From NCBI GenBank assembly GCA_013297875.1, contig JAAFIW010000002.1, positions 180,627 to 244,626 on the forward strand: a stretch of 64,000 nucleotides of DNA, written 5' to 3'. The translations under genes and the position numbers were made by a program. Below, piece after piece: positions 29,626 to 39,309 of this stretch. The stretch's first letter is position 1. Every line of letters begins with the position of its first letter. The notes below the pieces were generated by a model. It was given only the letters and a program-made list of their open reading frames with translations. It was not told the origin of the DNA and ran no database searches. Source of the DNA: Comamonadaceae bacterium (GTDB taxonomy: Bacteria; Pseudomonadota; Gammaproteobacteria; Burkholderiales; Burkholderiaceae_C).

Positions 29626-30288
29626 ATGGACAAAATCGCCATTTTTTTGCAGTCCCGCGCCAACTGGTGCGGCATCGGCCTGTCCACGCTGGCCCTGGTG
29701 CTCGGCGGCATGAGCCCGATGCTGGCAAGCGCCGGTGCACTGGCGGCGTTGGCGGTAGTCGGATATGCAGTTGGCTTTGGTGTGTGCGGCTGGCTGTTTG
29801 GTTTTCCCCACCTGTCGGGCGCGGCCTGGGCTGAGCTTGAGTTTGAAGACCACAGCGATGCCCGTACCAGCATGCAGCCCGCATTGAATGCCATCGCCCG
29901 GCTGGCGGAGCAAAACCCGCAGAACCGATTGCCAGACAGCCTGCAACGCAAGGTACTGGACTTGTGCCAGCGATTAACCGCCTTGCTGGAGCAGTGGGAG
30001 CGCAGCAAGGGCGATTTGTCACTGCAAGACAGTTTCAATGCCCGTCACATTGCTTTGACCTATCTGCCCGATGCGCTGAAGACCTACTTGGCCATTCCCC
30101 AGCGGTTTGCTACCCACAAACGCCTGGACAACGGCCAAACGGCACAAGAGACTTTTTCGGCGACACTGGACGATCTGAGTGCGAAGATTTTGCAACTCAG
30201 TGAAGACTTGGCGGCGCAAGATGCCCAGTCGTTCCTGAACCATTCGCAGTTCCTGCAAGAGAAATTCAGTCGGTCGCGGCTTTCATAG
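29626..30288 (+). CDS. Small membrane protein (2 TM plus soluble C-terminal domain), first gene of the flotillin/ATPase/PLD operon
   Basis: ATG at 29626 (MDKIAIFLQSRANWCGIGLSTLALVLGG...). The ORF track starts it at a TTG at 29623. There is a 9-nt gap to the next gene. Confidence 0.5.
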   Translation: MDKIAIFLQSRANWCGIGLSTLALVLGGMSPMLASAGALAALAVVGYAVGFGVCGWLFGFPHLSGAAWAELEFEDHSDARTSMQPALNAIARLAEQNPQNRLPDSLQRKVLDLCQRLTALLEQWERSKGDLSLQDSFNARHIALTYLPDALKTYLAIPQRFATHKRLDNGQTAQETFSATLDDLSAKILQLSEDLAAQDAQSFLNHSQFLQEKFSRSRLS

Positions 30289-30296
30289 GGGGGGTC

Positions 30297-30920
30297 ATGC
30301 TTGGTTTTCCAGACGCTGTATTGGCATTCCCAACAGCGATATTCACCACGCTGCTGGGCGTGGCGGCGTTTTACTGGCTTTTGGCCTTGGTGGGGCTGGT
30401 CGATTTTGAGTCGGTCGACCTGCATGCCGACCCTGACATCGCCGATCCAGACGTGAGCAGCCTGGCCGGAATCATCGTGGCCTTTGGGTTACACGGCGTG
30501 CCGTTTTCCATCGTTTTCAGCCTGTTGGTGCTGCTGTCGTGGACGCTCAGTTGCCTGGGTGCCATGTGGCTGCTGGGGCTGCTTCCTGCATCCATTCCGA
30601 TCTATGTCAGTGGCTCGCTGCTGGCGCTGGCCAGCGTGTCGCTGGCCGTGCCGATTGCGGCGCGCATGGTCAAGCCGCTACGCCGTTTGTTTGTGACCCA
30701 CGCAGCCATCAGCAATGCGTCGCTGGTCGGCCAACACTGCAAGGTGCTGACCCAAACGGTAGATGAAAAGAACGGCCGGGCCGAGGTGGTACAACGGGGC
30801 GCGAATATCAACATCCGGGTGTGGGCCCGCATGCCCAACACACTGGCGCGCGGCGGCAGTGCCCGAATCGTTGCCTACGACGAGCAGACCGCCCGCTACC
30901 GCATCGAGGCCGACGGGTGA
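30297..30920 (+). CDS. NfeD/YqiJ-like membrane protein (TM helices plus C-terminal OB-fold)
   Basis: N-terminal TM region and a C-terminal ...GRAEVVQRGANINIRVWA...ARIVAYDEQTARYRIE OB-like domain. It sits directly upstream of a flotillin gene, as in yqiJ-yqiK. Confidence 0.65.
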   Translation: MLGFPDAVLAFPTAIFTTLLGVAAFYWLLALVGLVDFESVDLHADPDIADPDVSSLAGIIVAFGLHGVPFSIVFSLLVLLSWTLSCLGAMWLLGLLPASIPIYVSGSLLALASVSLAVPIAARMVKPLRRLFVTHAAISNASLVGQHCKVLTQTVDEKNGRAEVVQRGANINIRVWARMPNTLARGGSARIVAYDEQTARYRIEADG

Positions 30921-30980
30921 TGACCCACCTCAAAAATATTTACTGTTGATTTGTTGTTTCACTCGACTTGGAGTCTTTCT

Positions 30981-33020
30981 ATGGAACCCATCCTCATATC
31001 CGTCGCAGCGCTGGTCATCCTGGTTTTTGTGCTGTTTGCGATGTTCGCCAAGTTCTATCGAAAGATCGAACAGGGCCATGCGCTGATCGTCAACACCATG
31101 CGCGCCGAGCCCACTGTCACCTTCACCGGTTGCATGGTCTACCCGATCATCCACAAGGCGGAGCTGATGGAAATTTCGGTCAAAACCATCGAGATTGACC
31201 GCTCCGGCCGCGAGGGGCTCATCTGTAAAGACAATATTCGCGCCGACATCAAGGTCAAGTTTTTTGTGCGCGTGAACAAGACCGCCGAAGACGTGTTGAA
31301 AGTGGCCCAGGGCGTGGGCTGCGAACGGGCTTCGAATCAAGATGCGTTGGAAGACCTGTTTTCTGCCAAATTCTCCGAGGCGCTGAAGACCGTGGGCAAG
31401 TCGATGGAATTTGTCGACCTGTACCAGGCGCGGGACCATTTCCGCGACGAGATCATTCGCCAGATTGGCGACGACCTGTCGGGTTATGTGCTGGAAGACG
31501 CAGCCATTGACTACCTGGAGCAAACGCCGCTGTCCAAGCTGGATGGCAGCAACATCCTGGACGCCCAGGGCATCAAAAAGATCACCGAACTGACGGCCGT
31601 GGAAAGCGTGCGCACCAATGAGTTGCGCCGCAATGAAGAGATGCAGATCAAGAAGAAGAACGTTGAAACACAAGAGACGTTGCTGGAGTTGGATCGCCAG
31701 GCGGCTGATGCGCAGGCCCGCCAGAGCCGCGAAGTGGCCTCGGTGCGCGCCCGCGAAGAAGCAGAAACCGCCAAGGTGCAGGCCGAAGAGCGCACCAAGT
31801 CTGAAATGGCCCGGCTGCAGGGCGAGCAACTGGTGGCGGTGCAAAGCGAAAACTCGCAGCGCGAAAAAGAAGTGGCTGAAAACAACCGCAAGCGTGCGGT
31901 GGCGATTGAAGAAGAAAAGGTCACACGCGCCCGTGAGCTGGAAGTGGTGGACCGCGAAAAGGAAGTGGCCTTGCAAAGAATCGACAAGGAGCGTGCGCTG
32001 GAGGTGCAGAAGAAAGCCATTGCCGACGTGATCCGCGAGCGCATCGTGGTGGACCGCACTGTGGCCGAGCAGGAAGAAGCCATCAAGGAATTGCGCATGG
32101 TGTCGGACGCCGAGCGCAACAAGAAATCCATCATCATCCTGGCCGAGGGCGAGGCCGAGCAAAAAATGATCACCGAAGTGAAAGCCGCCGAAGCCCAGGA
32201 GCGCCGCGCCCGCCACAAGGCCACCGAAGACATTACCCTGGCCGATGCCCACCTGAAGGTTTCCGAGAAAAACGCCGAAGCCAAGAAACGCGACGCAGAA
32301 GGCATGGAGGCCATCGGCGCTGCGCCAGGCCTCGCTGCCGCGCGCGTCATGACCGTGACGGCCGACGCCAGACAAAAGCAGGGTATGGCCGAAGCCCAGG
32401 TCGCAGAGGCCACGGCACTGGCCGAAGCCAGCGGTATGAAGGCCAAGTTTGAAGCCGAGGCGCAAGGCAAAGAGAAACTGGGCTTGGCTGACGTGCAGGT
32501 GCGCGCTGCTGACGCCGAAGCCACCATCAAGGTCGGCGATGCCGATGCACAAACCGTGCAGGCCCGCTTCTCCGCCGAGGCCAAAGGCCTGCGCGAGAAG
32601 TTCGAAGCCATGAAAGCCATGAGCCCCGAGACACGCGACCACGAAGAGTTCCGCATGCGGCTGGAAATGCTGCACGCCGAAACCCTCAAGGGCATCGACG
32701 CGCAAATGGTCATTGCCAAAGAGCAGGCCGAGGTGCTGGGCAAAGCCTTGGCCAATGCCAAGATCGAAATGGTTGGCGGCGACGGCAGCTACTTCGACAG
32801 TTTCGTCAAGGCACTGGCCGTGGGCAAAGGCATAGACGGCGCGATTGCCAAGAGCGACACGCTGAAAATCGCGTTGAAAGACCACTTGAATGGCGATCGC
32901 AACATAGTTGACGACGTGGGCCGCCTGGTGGGCGCTTTAGGCGATTCATCGGGTGAGCTGAAGGATCTGGCGATTGCGTCCCTGCTGTCCAAGACCGGCA
33001 AAGATGGCAAAGCCCTGTGA
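30981..33020 (+). CDS. Flotillin-family SPFH/band-7 protein (YqiK-like)
   Basis: ATG at 30981 with GGAG 8 nt upstream. N-terminal TM, then an SPFH domain, then a long Glu/Ala/Arg/Lys-rich coiled coil and a C-terminal flotillin tail. Total 680 aa. Confidence 0.85.
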   Translation: MEPILISVAALVILVFVLFAMFAKFYRKIEQGHALIVNTMRAEPTVTFTGCMVYPIIHKAELMEISVKTIEIDRSGREGLICKDNIRADIKVKFFVRVNKTAEDVLKVAQGVGCERASNQDALEDLFSAKFSEALKTVGKSMEFVDLYQARDHFRDEIIRQIGDDLSGYVLEDAAIDYLEQTPLSKLDGSNILDAQGIKKITELTAVESVRTNELRRNEEMQIKKKNVETQETLLELDRQAADAQARQSREVASVRAREEAETAKVQAEERTKSEMARLQGEQLVAVQSENSQREKEVAENNRKRAVAIEEEKVTRARELEVVDREKEVALQRIDKERALEVQKKAIADVIRERIVVDRTVAEQEEAIKELRMVSDAERNKKSIIILAEGEAEQKMITEVKAAEAQERRARHKATEDITLADAHLKVSEKNAEAKKRDAEGMEAIGAAPGLAAARVMTVTADARQKQGMAEAQVAEATALAEASGMKAKFEAEAQGKEKLGLADVQVRAADAEATIKVGDADAQTVQARFSAEAKGLREKFEAMKAMSPETRDHEEFRMRLEMLHAETLKGIDAQMVIAKEQAEVLGKALANAKIEMVGGDGSYFDSFVKALAVGKGIDGAIAKSDTLKIALKDHLNGDRNIVDDVGRLVGALGDSSGELKDLAIASLLSKTGKDGKAL

Positions 33021-33029
33021 TGCTGTGCC

Positions 33030-36000
33030 ATGGAATCTGCTGACATCGACCCCGCACCGGCTGAGCAAACCGAAAGCCTGGTCGCCGCAAGCGGCAGCTA
33101 CGAGCTGCTGAAAAAACGCCTGACGGCCCACGGCCTGGCGCTGCGCGACAAGGCGCAGGCGCTGAACGCGGCGCGCGTGGCGCAGTTTGGCAAGTCTGAA
33201 CAGTCGCTGGTGCTGCGCACCCGTGCCCGCACGCAAAACAACTGCGTGGCGCGCGACATCGTGCGCATTGGTGACCAGCTTTTGTTTGGCTACAACGTCT
33301 TCATTGGCCTGCGCAAAGAAACCAGCGTGGGCGATGTGTTTGGCTTGTACCGGCTGGCCGCGCATGCCGGTGAGCCCGAGCTGGAAGCCTTGCCGTTGGC
33401 GGGCAGCTTTCTGGAAGACGCCCGTTTTGCGTCTGACTTCAAGGAGCTGTACGCTTACTACAAGCAAGCGCAGTTGCTGCAGTTGCGCGTCACGCAGGGC
33501 AAGCTGCTGGCGTCGTTTCAGATCGGCCAGCAGGTGCAGGATGTGCGGGTGTTTCGCTGGCAATTGGCAGCCGATGGTGCGCCCCAGTACATCGACAACC
33601 GGGGTGAGCGCGACATGGCGCTGCCCCCCAGCCATGACTTTGAATGGATACCCACCACGCGAGCCGACCACGCCGAGGGCCGCCACCCGCACATCAGCAT
33701 TCTGGACACGGTGTTTGTGGAAACGGTGGGCGGCGACCTGACCGTCAAGATCGAGAACAACACCGAAACCGGCCTGGGCATCTACAGCGAGCCGGTGGAC
33801 GACAAGAACCAGTCGCTGACCGATGCCGAGGTGGCCTACGCCAAGCTGGGCCAGTTGATCCTGCTGCGCATACGGCCGTATCGCGAGCAAACCACGCGCT
33901 ACCTGGTGTTCAACGAGCGCACGCAGCAGGTCACGCGCATCGACGCGCTAGGTCTGTCGTGCGTGCAGTTGCCCGAAGACCATGGCATTGTGTTTCCCGG
34001 TGGCTACTACCTGCAGTCGGGCGAGTTCAAGCACTTTGACCTGCCCGCTGACGTGGGCAGCAGCCTGCGCTTCAAACGCATGCTGCGCTCGCCCAACGGT
34101 GAGGACGTGTTGTATTTGTTCTACCAGCCGGGCAGCGGCCACTATGCGCTTTTCACCTACAACCTGATCGACAAGACGCTGGCTGCGCCCATCGTGGCCA
34201 ATGGCTATGCGCTGTACCCCGATGGCAAGGTGCTGGTGTTTCAGGTGGGGCCGGGCGAGCCCACACGCGTGCACCCCATGCAGCTGTGGCAAACCGCGTT
34301 TTCCAGTGAAGAACACGCCGGTACTGCCGCGCTGGGCACCGGCTTCTTTGGCCGCATTGGTAATGCCGAATTGGTGCGAGGTGTGGCCGACCTGATGGGC
34401 ATTGCCCGCGCTGTGCAAGAGCAGGCACCCACCCGCGCTGCCTACGACGACCTGATACGCCAGTGCGCCCGCGTGACCGATGCCTATTTCTGGCTGGCCG
34501 ACCCCGAGGCCGGCGCGGCCTTATCTGACCTGCAACGCATCAGCGAGGCCGCACGCACCACGCTGGCCGAGTTTGAAAAGGTCGAGCAAATCCGCCGCGA
34601 GACCGCACGTGCACTCGACGAGGCGCAGACCAAGCAGAAAACGCTGATGGTCGATATCGCCAGCACACTGTGGCGCAAACCGGAAGACTTCATCCACGCG
34701 CTGGGTCGCCTGCGTGAGCGCCGCGGCAACCTGGAAACGCTGAAAGAGCTGCGCTACACCGATTTGCCCCGCATTGAGGCAATGCAAACCGAGCTGGAAG
34801 CCGAGCAGCAGCGTGTGGGCGAGCGGGCCATGGTCTTTTTGGCTGATGAACAGGCGTTTGCCAGCCACCGCCAAAACCTCACCAAGCTCGGCACCGACCT
34901 GGCACAAGCATCTACCAGCCCTGGCCTGCAAATCATTCTGGATAGCCTGGACGAAACCGCCGCTGGGCTGGACTTGCTGACCGAGCAACTGGGCGGCCTG
35001 CCCGGTGGCGATGCGGTGCAGCGCACCACCATTCTGGAGCGCATCTCGGCGCTGTACACCGACATCAACCGCCTGCGCGCCGATGCCCGAAGCCGCCGCA
35101 AGGCGCTGGGCTCGCACGAGGCTGCGGCAGAGTTTCTGGCCCAGTTCAAGCTGTTTGGCCAGGCGGTGGAAAACGCGCTGGACTTTGCCGATAGCCCCGA
35201 AAAATGTGACGAGGCACTCACCCGCCTGCTAGCCCAACTGGAGGAACTGGAAGGCCGCTTTGCCGAGCAGGAAAATTTCCTGGCCGACATTGCCACCAAG
35301 CGCGAGGCTGTTTATGAAGCGCTAACCGCCCGCAAACAAACGCTCACGCAAGCACGCCAGCAGCGCGTGCAAGGCCTGGTGACGGCGGCCGGCCGCATTC
35401 TGGACGGCACGCAACGCCGTGTGGCGCAACTGAGCAAGCTGGAAGAGGTGCACAGCTACTTTGCCGCCGACATGTTGATCAGCAAGCTGCGCAAGCTGGT
35501 GGCCGACATGCGCGCGCTGGGTGCGCAAGTGGCAGCCGACGACATCGAGACCCGGCTCAAAACCAGCCGCGACCAGGCCCTGCGCGGCGTGCGCGACCAG
35601 GCCGAGCTGGTGACCGAGGGCGGCAACAACCTGCGCCTGGGCAAGCATGTGTTCACCATCAGCCGGCATCCGCTGGAGCTGACACTGGTGCCCCACAGCG
35701 ACGGCCTGGCCTACCACCTGACCGGCACCGACTACCTGGTGCCCGTGAACGACCCCGCACTGCAGGCCTACAAGCCGTATTGGCAACAAGCCCTGCCGTC
35801 TGAAACCGCCGCCATCAGCCGCGCCGAATACCTGGCCGGTTGCCTGCTGGACGCATCGCTACAAGGCAGCACGCCACTGCCCTGGGCACGCATGACAGAG
35901 CTGGTCGCGCTGGGGCCAGAAGGCCATGCGGCGCTGCTGGATCAGGTGCGGCAATTTGCCGCCGAGCGTTACCAGGACGGCTACGACAAAGGCGTGCACG

Positions 36001-38216
36001 ACGAAGACGCCACACGCATCTTTGGCGCGCTGGCGGCGATGCAAGACGCAGCCGGTCTGCTGGCCTGGGGCCCGACCGAACGCGCACTGGCCCTGCTGTT
36101 CTGGCACGATGGCCGCAGTGGCAGCGAACGCGAGTCGCTGCAGCGCCGCGCCCGCTCGGCGCTGCAGGTGCAGCAGCTGTTTGGCGCACGTGACAGCCTG
36201 GCGTCGCTGGAGCGGGAATGTGCCCAGGCCCTGGCGGTGTTTGCCCAGGCCGTGGGCTTTGAACTGGAAGGGGCTGCTGATGCCGAGCGCATGGCATCGC
36301 TATGCGCGCAGGCCGCCGCCTATCTGGTGCGCGAAGTGGCCCACGAGGGCGGCGCTGAAACCTGGGTCATCAGCGGCGCGGGTGAAGACCTGGCTGCCGC
36401 CCTGCGGCGCGAGCTGGAGCGCGGTGGCCAATGGGCCAGCTGGCAGCGCAGCCTGGAGGCGTCGACTCCCACCGAGCGCTGGCAGCAGGCGCGCAGCTGG
36501 GTCAAGGCCTTTGCCGGCAAGCAAGACGCGTCTACCCATGACTGGGTCGACGATGCGGCCGGCCTGCTAGCCGTTCCGGTCAAACGCAAGCGCGTGAATG
36601 CCTCGCTGGACGCGACGGTAGAAGGCCTGCGCGGCGAACACACGCGGGTGGACAACAGCCGCATGGCCTTGAACCTGAACGATTTCTGGCGGCGCTTCAG
36701 CTTTCACCGCGACCGCGTGGTGCCCGGCTTCCAGGCGCTGCAAAAGTTGCACCACAGCCTACTCGCCACTGAGAAAACCCGGCTCAGCCTGGCGCAGTTT
36801 CAGGCCAAGCCCTTGCCCAGCTTTGTGCGCAACCGCCTGATTGATGAGGTGTATTTGCCGCTGATTGGCGACAACCTGGCCAAGCAGCTGGGCACCACCG
36901 GCGCAGGCAGCCGCACCGACCGCATGGGCCTGCTGCTGCTGATCTCGCCGCCTGGTTATGGCAAGACCACGCTGATGGAATACGTGGCTGACCGCTTGGG
37001 CCTGGTGTTTGTGCGCATCAACTGCCCGGCGCTGGGCCACGACGTGACCGCGCTGGACCCTGTGTCGGCCGCCAACAGCGCCGCGCGCCAGGAGCTGGAA
37101 AAGCTCAACCTGGGCCTGGCCATGGGCAGCAATGTGATGCTGTACCTGGACGACATCCAGCACACCAGCCCGGAGTTTCTGCAAAAGTTCATCGGCCTGG
37201 CCGACGGCACCCGCCGCATCGAGGGTATGTGGCAGGGCCAGGCCCGCAGCTACGACATGCGTGGCAAGCGCTTTGCGATTGCCATGGCCGGCAACCCCTA
37301 CACCGAGTCGGGCGATGTGTTCAAGATCCCCGACATGCTGGCCAACCGGGCCGACATTTACAACCTGGGCGATGTGCTGGCTGGGCGCGAGGCCTTGTTT
37401 GCGCTGTCGTACATCGAAAACAGCCTGACCAGCAACCCGGCGCTGGCACCGCTGTCGTCGCGCGACCCGCGTGATGTGCAATTGCTGGTGCGCCTGGCGC
37501 AGGGCGAAGACGTGGCCAGCGGCGACTTTGCCCATGCCTACAGCAGCGCCGAGCTGGAGGAGTTGACGGCCTTGCTCAAGCGCCTGTTCCGCGCCCGCGA
37601 CCTGTTGCTCAAAGTCAACCTGGCCTACATTGAGTCTGCCGCTCAGCGCGACAGCTACCGCACCGAGCCGCCCTTCAAGTTGCAGGGCAGCTACCGCAAC
37701 ATGAGCAAGCTGGCCGCCAAGATCACGCCGCTGATGCACGACGACGAGCTGAACGCGCTGCTGCGCGACCACTACCGCGGCGAGGCACAAACGCTGACCA
37801 CCGGCGCGCAAGAAAACCTGCTGAAGCTGGCGCAGCTGATGGGCGCCGCCACCGACGAAGAGAACGCACGCTGGAAAGCCATTTGTGATGAATTCGTGCG
37901 CCAGCGCAAGGCCGGTGGGCAAGACGCCGATGGCACCACCCGCATCGCCAACGCCCTGATGGACGTGAGCCGCGCGGTCGATGAACTCAAACCCGACGGG
38001 CAAGCCCCCGACAGCGAAGGCAAACGAATGGCCGAAGCCGTGCTGCAACTGGCCGTGACCTACCGCACGGTCATCATGCCGCTGATCGCTGCCACCGAAA
38101 AACGCATGGACGTGGACCACAACATCAGCAAGCGGCTGGAGCTGCTCTTGGCCCAGGCTGACGAGATCCGGTCTTCGCGCCCACGGCAGCCCAAAAATAC
38201 GGACGGTTCAGCGTGA
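33030..38216 (+). CDS. 1728-aa protein with a C-terminal MoxR/AAA_5-like P-loop ATPase domain and a very long helical N-terminal region. Function unknown.
   Basis: Single uninterrupted ORF. Walker A LLLISPPGYGKTTLMEYV at about aa 1290, Walker B NVMLYLDDIQH, and the sensor-like RFAIAMAGNPYTE (ATMNP-type). The remaining ~1250 aa are coiled-coil-like with no motif I can name. It sits 9 nt after the flotillin gene and is translationally coupled to the PLD gene downstream. Confidence 0.7.
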   Translation: MESADIDPAPAEQTESLVAASGSYELLKKRLTAHGLALRDKAQALNAARVAQFGKSEQSLVLRTRARTQNNCVARDIVRIGDQLLFGYNVFIGLRKETSVGDVFGLYRLAAHAGEPELEALPLAGSFLEDARFASDFKELYAYYKQAQLLQLRVTQGKLLASFQIGQQVQDVRVFRWQLAADGAPQYIDNRGERDMALPPSHDFEWIPTTRADHAEGRHPHISILDTVFVETVGGDLTVKIENNTETGLGIYSEPVDDKNQSLTDAEVAYAKLGQLILLRIRPYREQTTRYLVFNERTQQVTRIDALGLSCVQLPEDHGIVFPGGYYLQSGEFKHFDLPADVGSSLRFKRMLRSPNGEDVLYLFYQPGSGHYALFTYNLIDKTLAAPIVANGYALYPDGKVLVFQVGPGEPTRVHPMQLWQTAFSSEEHAGTAALGTGFFGRIGNAELVRGVADLMGIARAVQEQAPTRAAYDDLIRQCARVTDAYFWLADPEAGAALSDLQRISEAARTTLAEFEKVEQIRRETARALDEAQTKQKTLMVDIASTLWRKPEDFIHALGRLRERRGNLETLKELRYTDLPRIEAMQTELEAEQQRVGERAMVFLADEQAFASHRQNLTKLGTDLAQASTSPGLQIILDSLDETAAGLDLLTEQLGGLPGGDAVQRTTILERISALYTDINRLRADARSRRKALGSHEAAAEFLAQFKLFGQAVENALDFADSPEKCDEALTRLLAQLEELEGRFAEQENFLADIATKREAVYEALTARKQTLTQARQQRVQGLVTAAGRILDGTQRRVAQLSKLEEVHSYFAADMLISKLRKLVADMRALGAQVAADDIETRLKTSRDQALRGVRDQAELVTEGGNNLRLGKHVFTISRHPLELTLVPHSDGLAYHLTGTDYLVPVNDPALQAYKPYWQQALPSETAAISRAEYLAGCLLDASLQGSTPLPWARMTELVALGPEGHAALLDQVRQFAAERYQDGYDKGVHDEDATRIFGALAAMQDAAGLLAWGPTERALALLFWHDGRSGSERESLQRRARSALQVQQLFGARDSLASLERECAQALAVFAQAVGFELEGAADAERMASLCAQAAAYLVREVAHEGGAETWVISGAGEDLAAALRRELERGGQWASWQRSLEASTPTERWQQARSWVKAFAGKQDASTHDWVDDAAGLLAVPVKRKRVNASLDATVEGLRGEHTRVDNSRMALNLNDFWRRFSFHRDRVVPGFQALQKLHHSLLATEKTRLSLAQFQAKPLPSFVRNRLIDEVYLPLIGDNLAKQLGTTGAGSRTDRMGLLLLISPPGYGKTTLMEYVADRLGLVFVRINCPALGHDVTALDPVSAANSAARQELEKLNLGLAMGSNVMLYLDDIQHTSPEFLQKFIGLADGTRRIEGMWQGQARSYDMRGKRFAIAMAGNPYTESGDVFKIPDMLANRADIYNLGDVLAGREALFALSYIENSLTSNPALAPLSSRDPRDVQLLVRLAQGEDVASGDFAHAYSSAELEELTALLKRLFRARDLLLKVNLAYIESAAQRDSYRTEPPFKLQGSYRNMSKLAAKITPLMHDDELNALLRDHYRGEAQTLTTGAQENLLKLAQLMGAATDEENARWKAICDEFVRQRKAGGQDADGTTRIANALMDVSRAVDELKPDGQAPDSEGKRMAEAVLQLAVTYRTVIMPLIAATEKRMDVDHNISKRLELLLAQADEIRSSRPRQPKNTDGSA

Positions 38217-38920
38217 CGACCAACGCCGAAGCCATGCAAGACCTGCTGGATCAACTGGAAAGCTCTCTGGCCGACCTACGCCTGGACGACGCTGAAAAGC
38301 ACAGCCTGGCCCACACCCTGCGCCAGGCCCAACCGCCAGAAGACGGCTTCAGGCAACTGCGCAACCACGCCTTCGCGCTGGCCCGCAACCGCCTGGCTGC
38401 GCAACAAGACCCCATGGATGTGCTGCGCTGGCTGGAAGCCGTGGTGCGCGCGCTGGACGTGGCCCGTGCCCCGGCGCAGGCCATTCGCTCCAGCGCCCAC
38501 TTCAGCCCCGGAGAAGCCTGCCTGAACACCATCGTTCACCACTTGCGCAGCGCCCGTCGAACGGTCGATTTGTGCGTCTTCACGGTGTCCGATGACCGCA
38601 TCGCTCAAGAGGTGCTGGCCGCCCACGCACGTGGCGTGGCGCTGCGCTTCATCACCGACAACGACAAGGAAACCGATTCCGGCAGCGACGTGACCCGCTT
38701 GCGCGCAGCCGGTGTGCCCACGGTGGTTGACCGCACCGACGCCCACATGCACCACAAGTTTGCAATCTTTGATGGGCAGTGGTTGCTCAACGGCAGCTAC
38801 AACTGGACGCGCAGTGCTTGTACGCACAATGAAGAGAATCTGGTGGCGACGAATGACGCAACGTTGGTGCGGCAGTTTCAGGGGGCGTTTGATCAGTTGT
38901 GGGGGCAATTGGGCGATTGA
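38213..38920 (+). CDS. Phospholipase-D-superfamily (HKD) nuclease-like protein
   Basis: GTG at 38213 overlaps the upstream stop (GTGA). An alternative ATG lies at 38234. Single HKD motif HMHHKFAIFDGQWLLNGSYNWTRSA (HxK...D...GSxN). About 235 aa, typical of Nuc-like endonucleases. Confidence 0.8.
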   Translation: MTTNAEAMQDLLDQLESSLADLRLDDAEKHSLAHTLRQAQPPEDGFRQLRNHAFALARNRLAAQQDPMDVLRWLEAVVRALDVARAPAQAIRSSAHFSPGEACLNTIVHHLRSARRTVDLCVFTVSDDRIAQEVLAAHARGVALRFITDNDKETDSGSDVTRLRAAGVPTVVDRTDAHMHHKFAIFDGQWLLNGSYNWTRSACTHNEENLVATNDATLVRQFQGAFDQLWGQLGD

Positions 38921-38950
38921 CGCGTTGTGCTTGAGCGATGGCATGTAGCG

Positions 38951-39029
38951 GCAGAGTTTGGGTCAGTGGCCCCCACCTGAAACTGTCAAAGGGCCAGAAA
39001 TCGGCGGGAACCACTGCCCCAAACTCTGC
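38951..39029. other. 19-bp inverted repeat (1 mismatch) around a 41-nt loop, immediately 3' of the PLD gene and at the left edge of the low-GC island
   Basis: gcagagtttgggtcagtgg at 38951-38969 and ccactgccccaaactctgc at 39011-39029. No U-tract follows, so it is either an atypical terminator or a recombination/boundary structure. Confidence 0.4.
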
Positions 39030-39309
39030 GGATGGAGTTGATGGGGCGCGCAATGGATTTTGAATCGCCTGAGACGGCAGATCCGGTGCGCTTGCAGTCG
39101 GTCACCCGGAAATCGAGATTAGGCGGTCTGAGCCATAAGCGACGAAAGCTGTACGTCCGCTTTGGGCAAGTTGCAGTCTTCCGTCAGTGACTGCTTTCAG
39201 GTTGCATGCTCAGGGATTGCACCTCTTAGCTTGGGCGGGAGATTCGTGCAGAGCATCCTAAATGGTTCACCTGTCGAAGTGCTAGTATGGCCAACCAAGG
39301 GAGTCAGAC

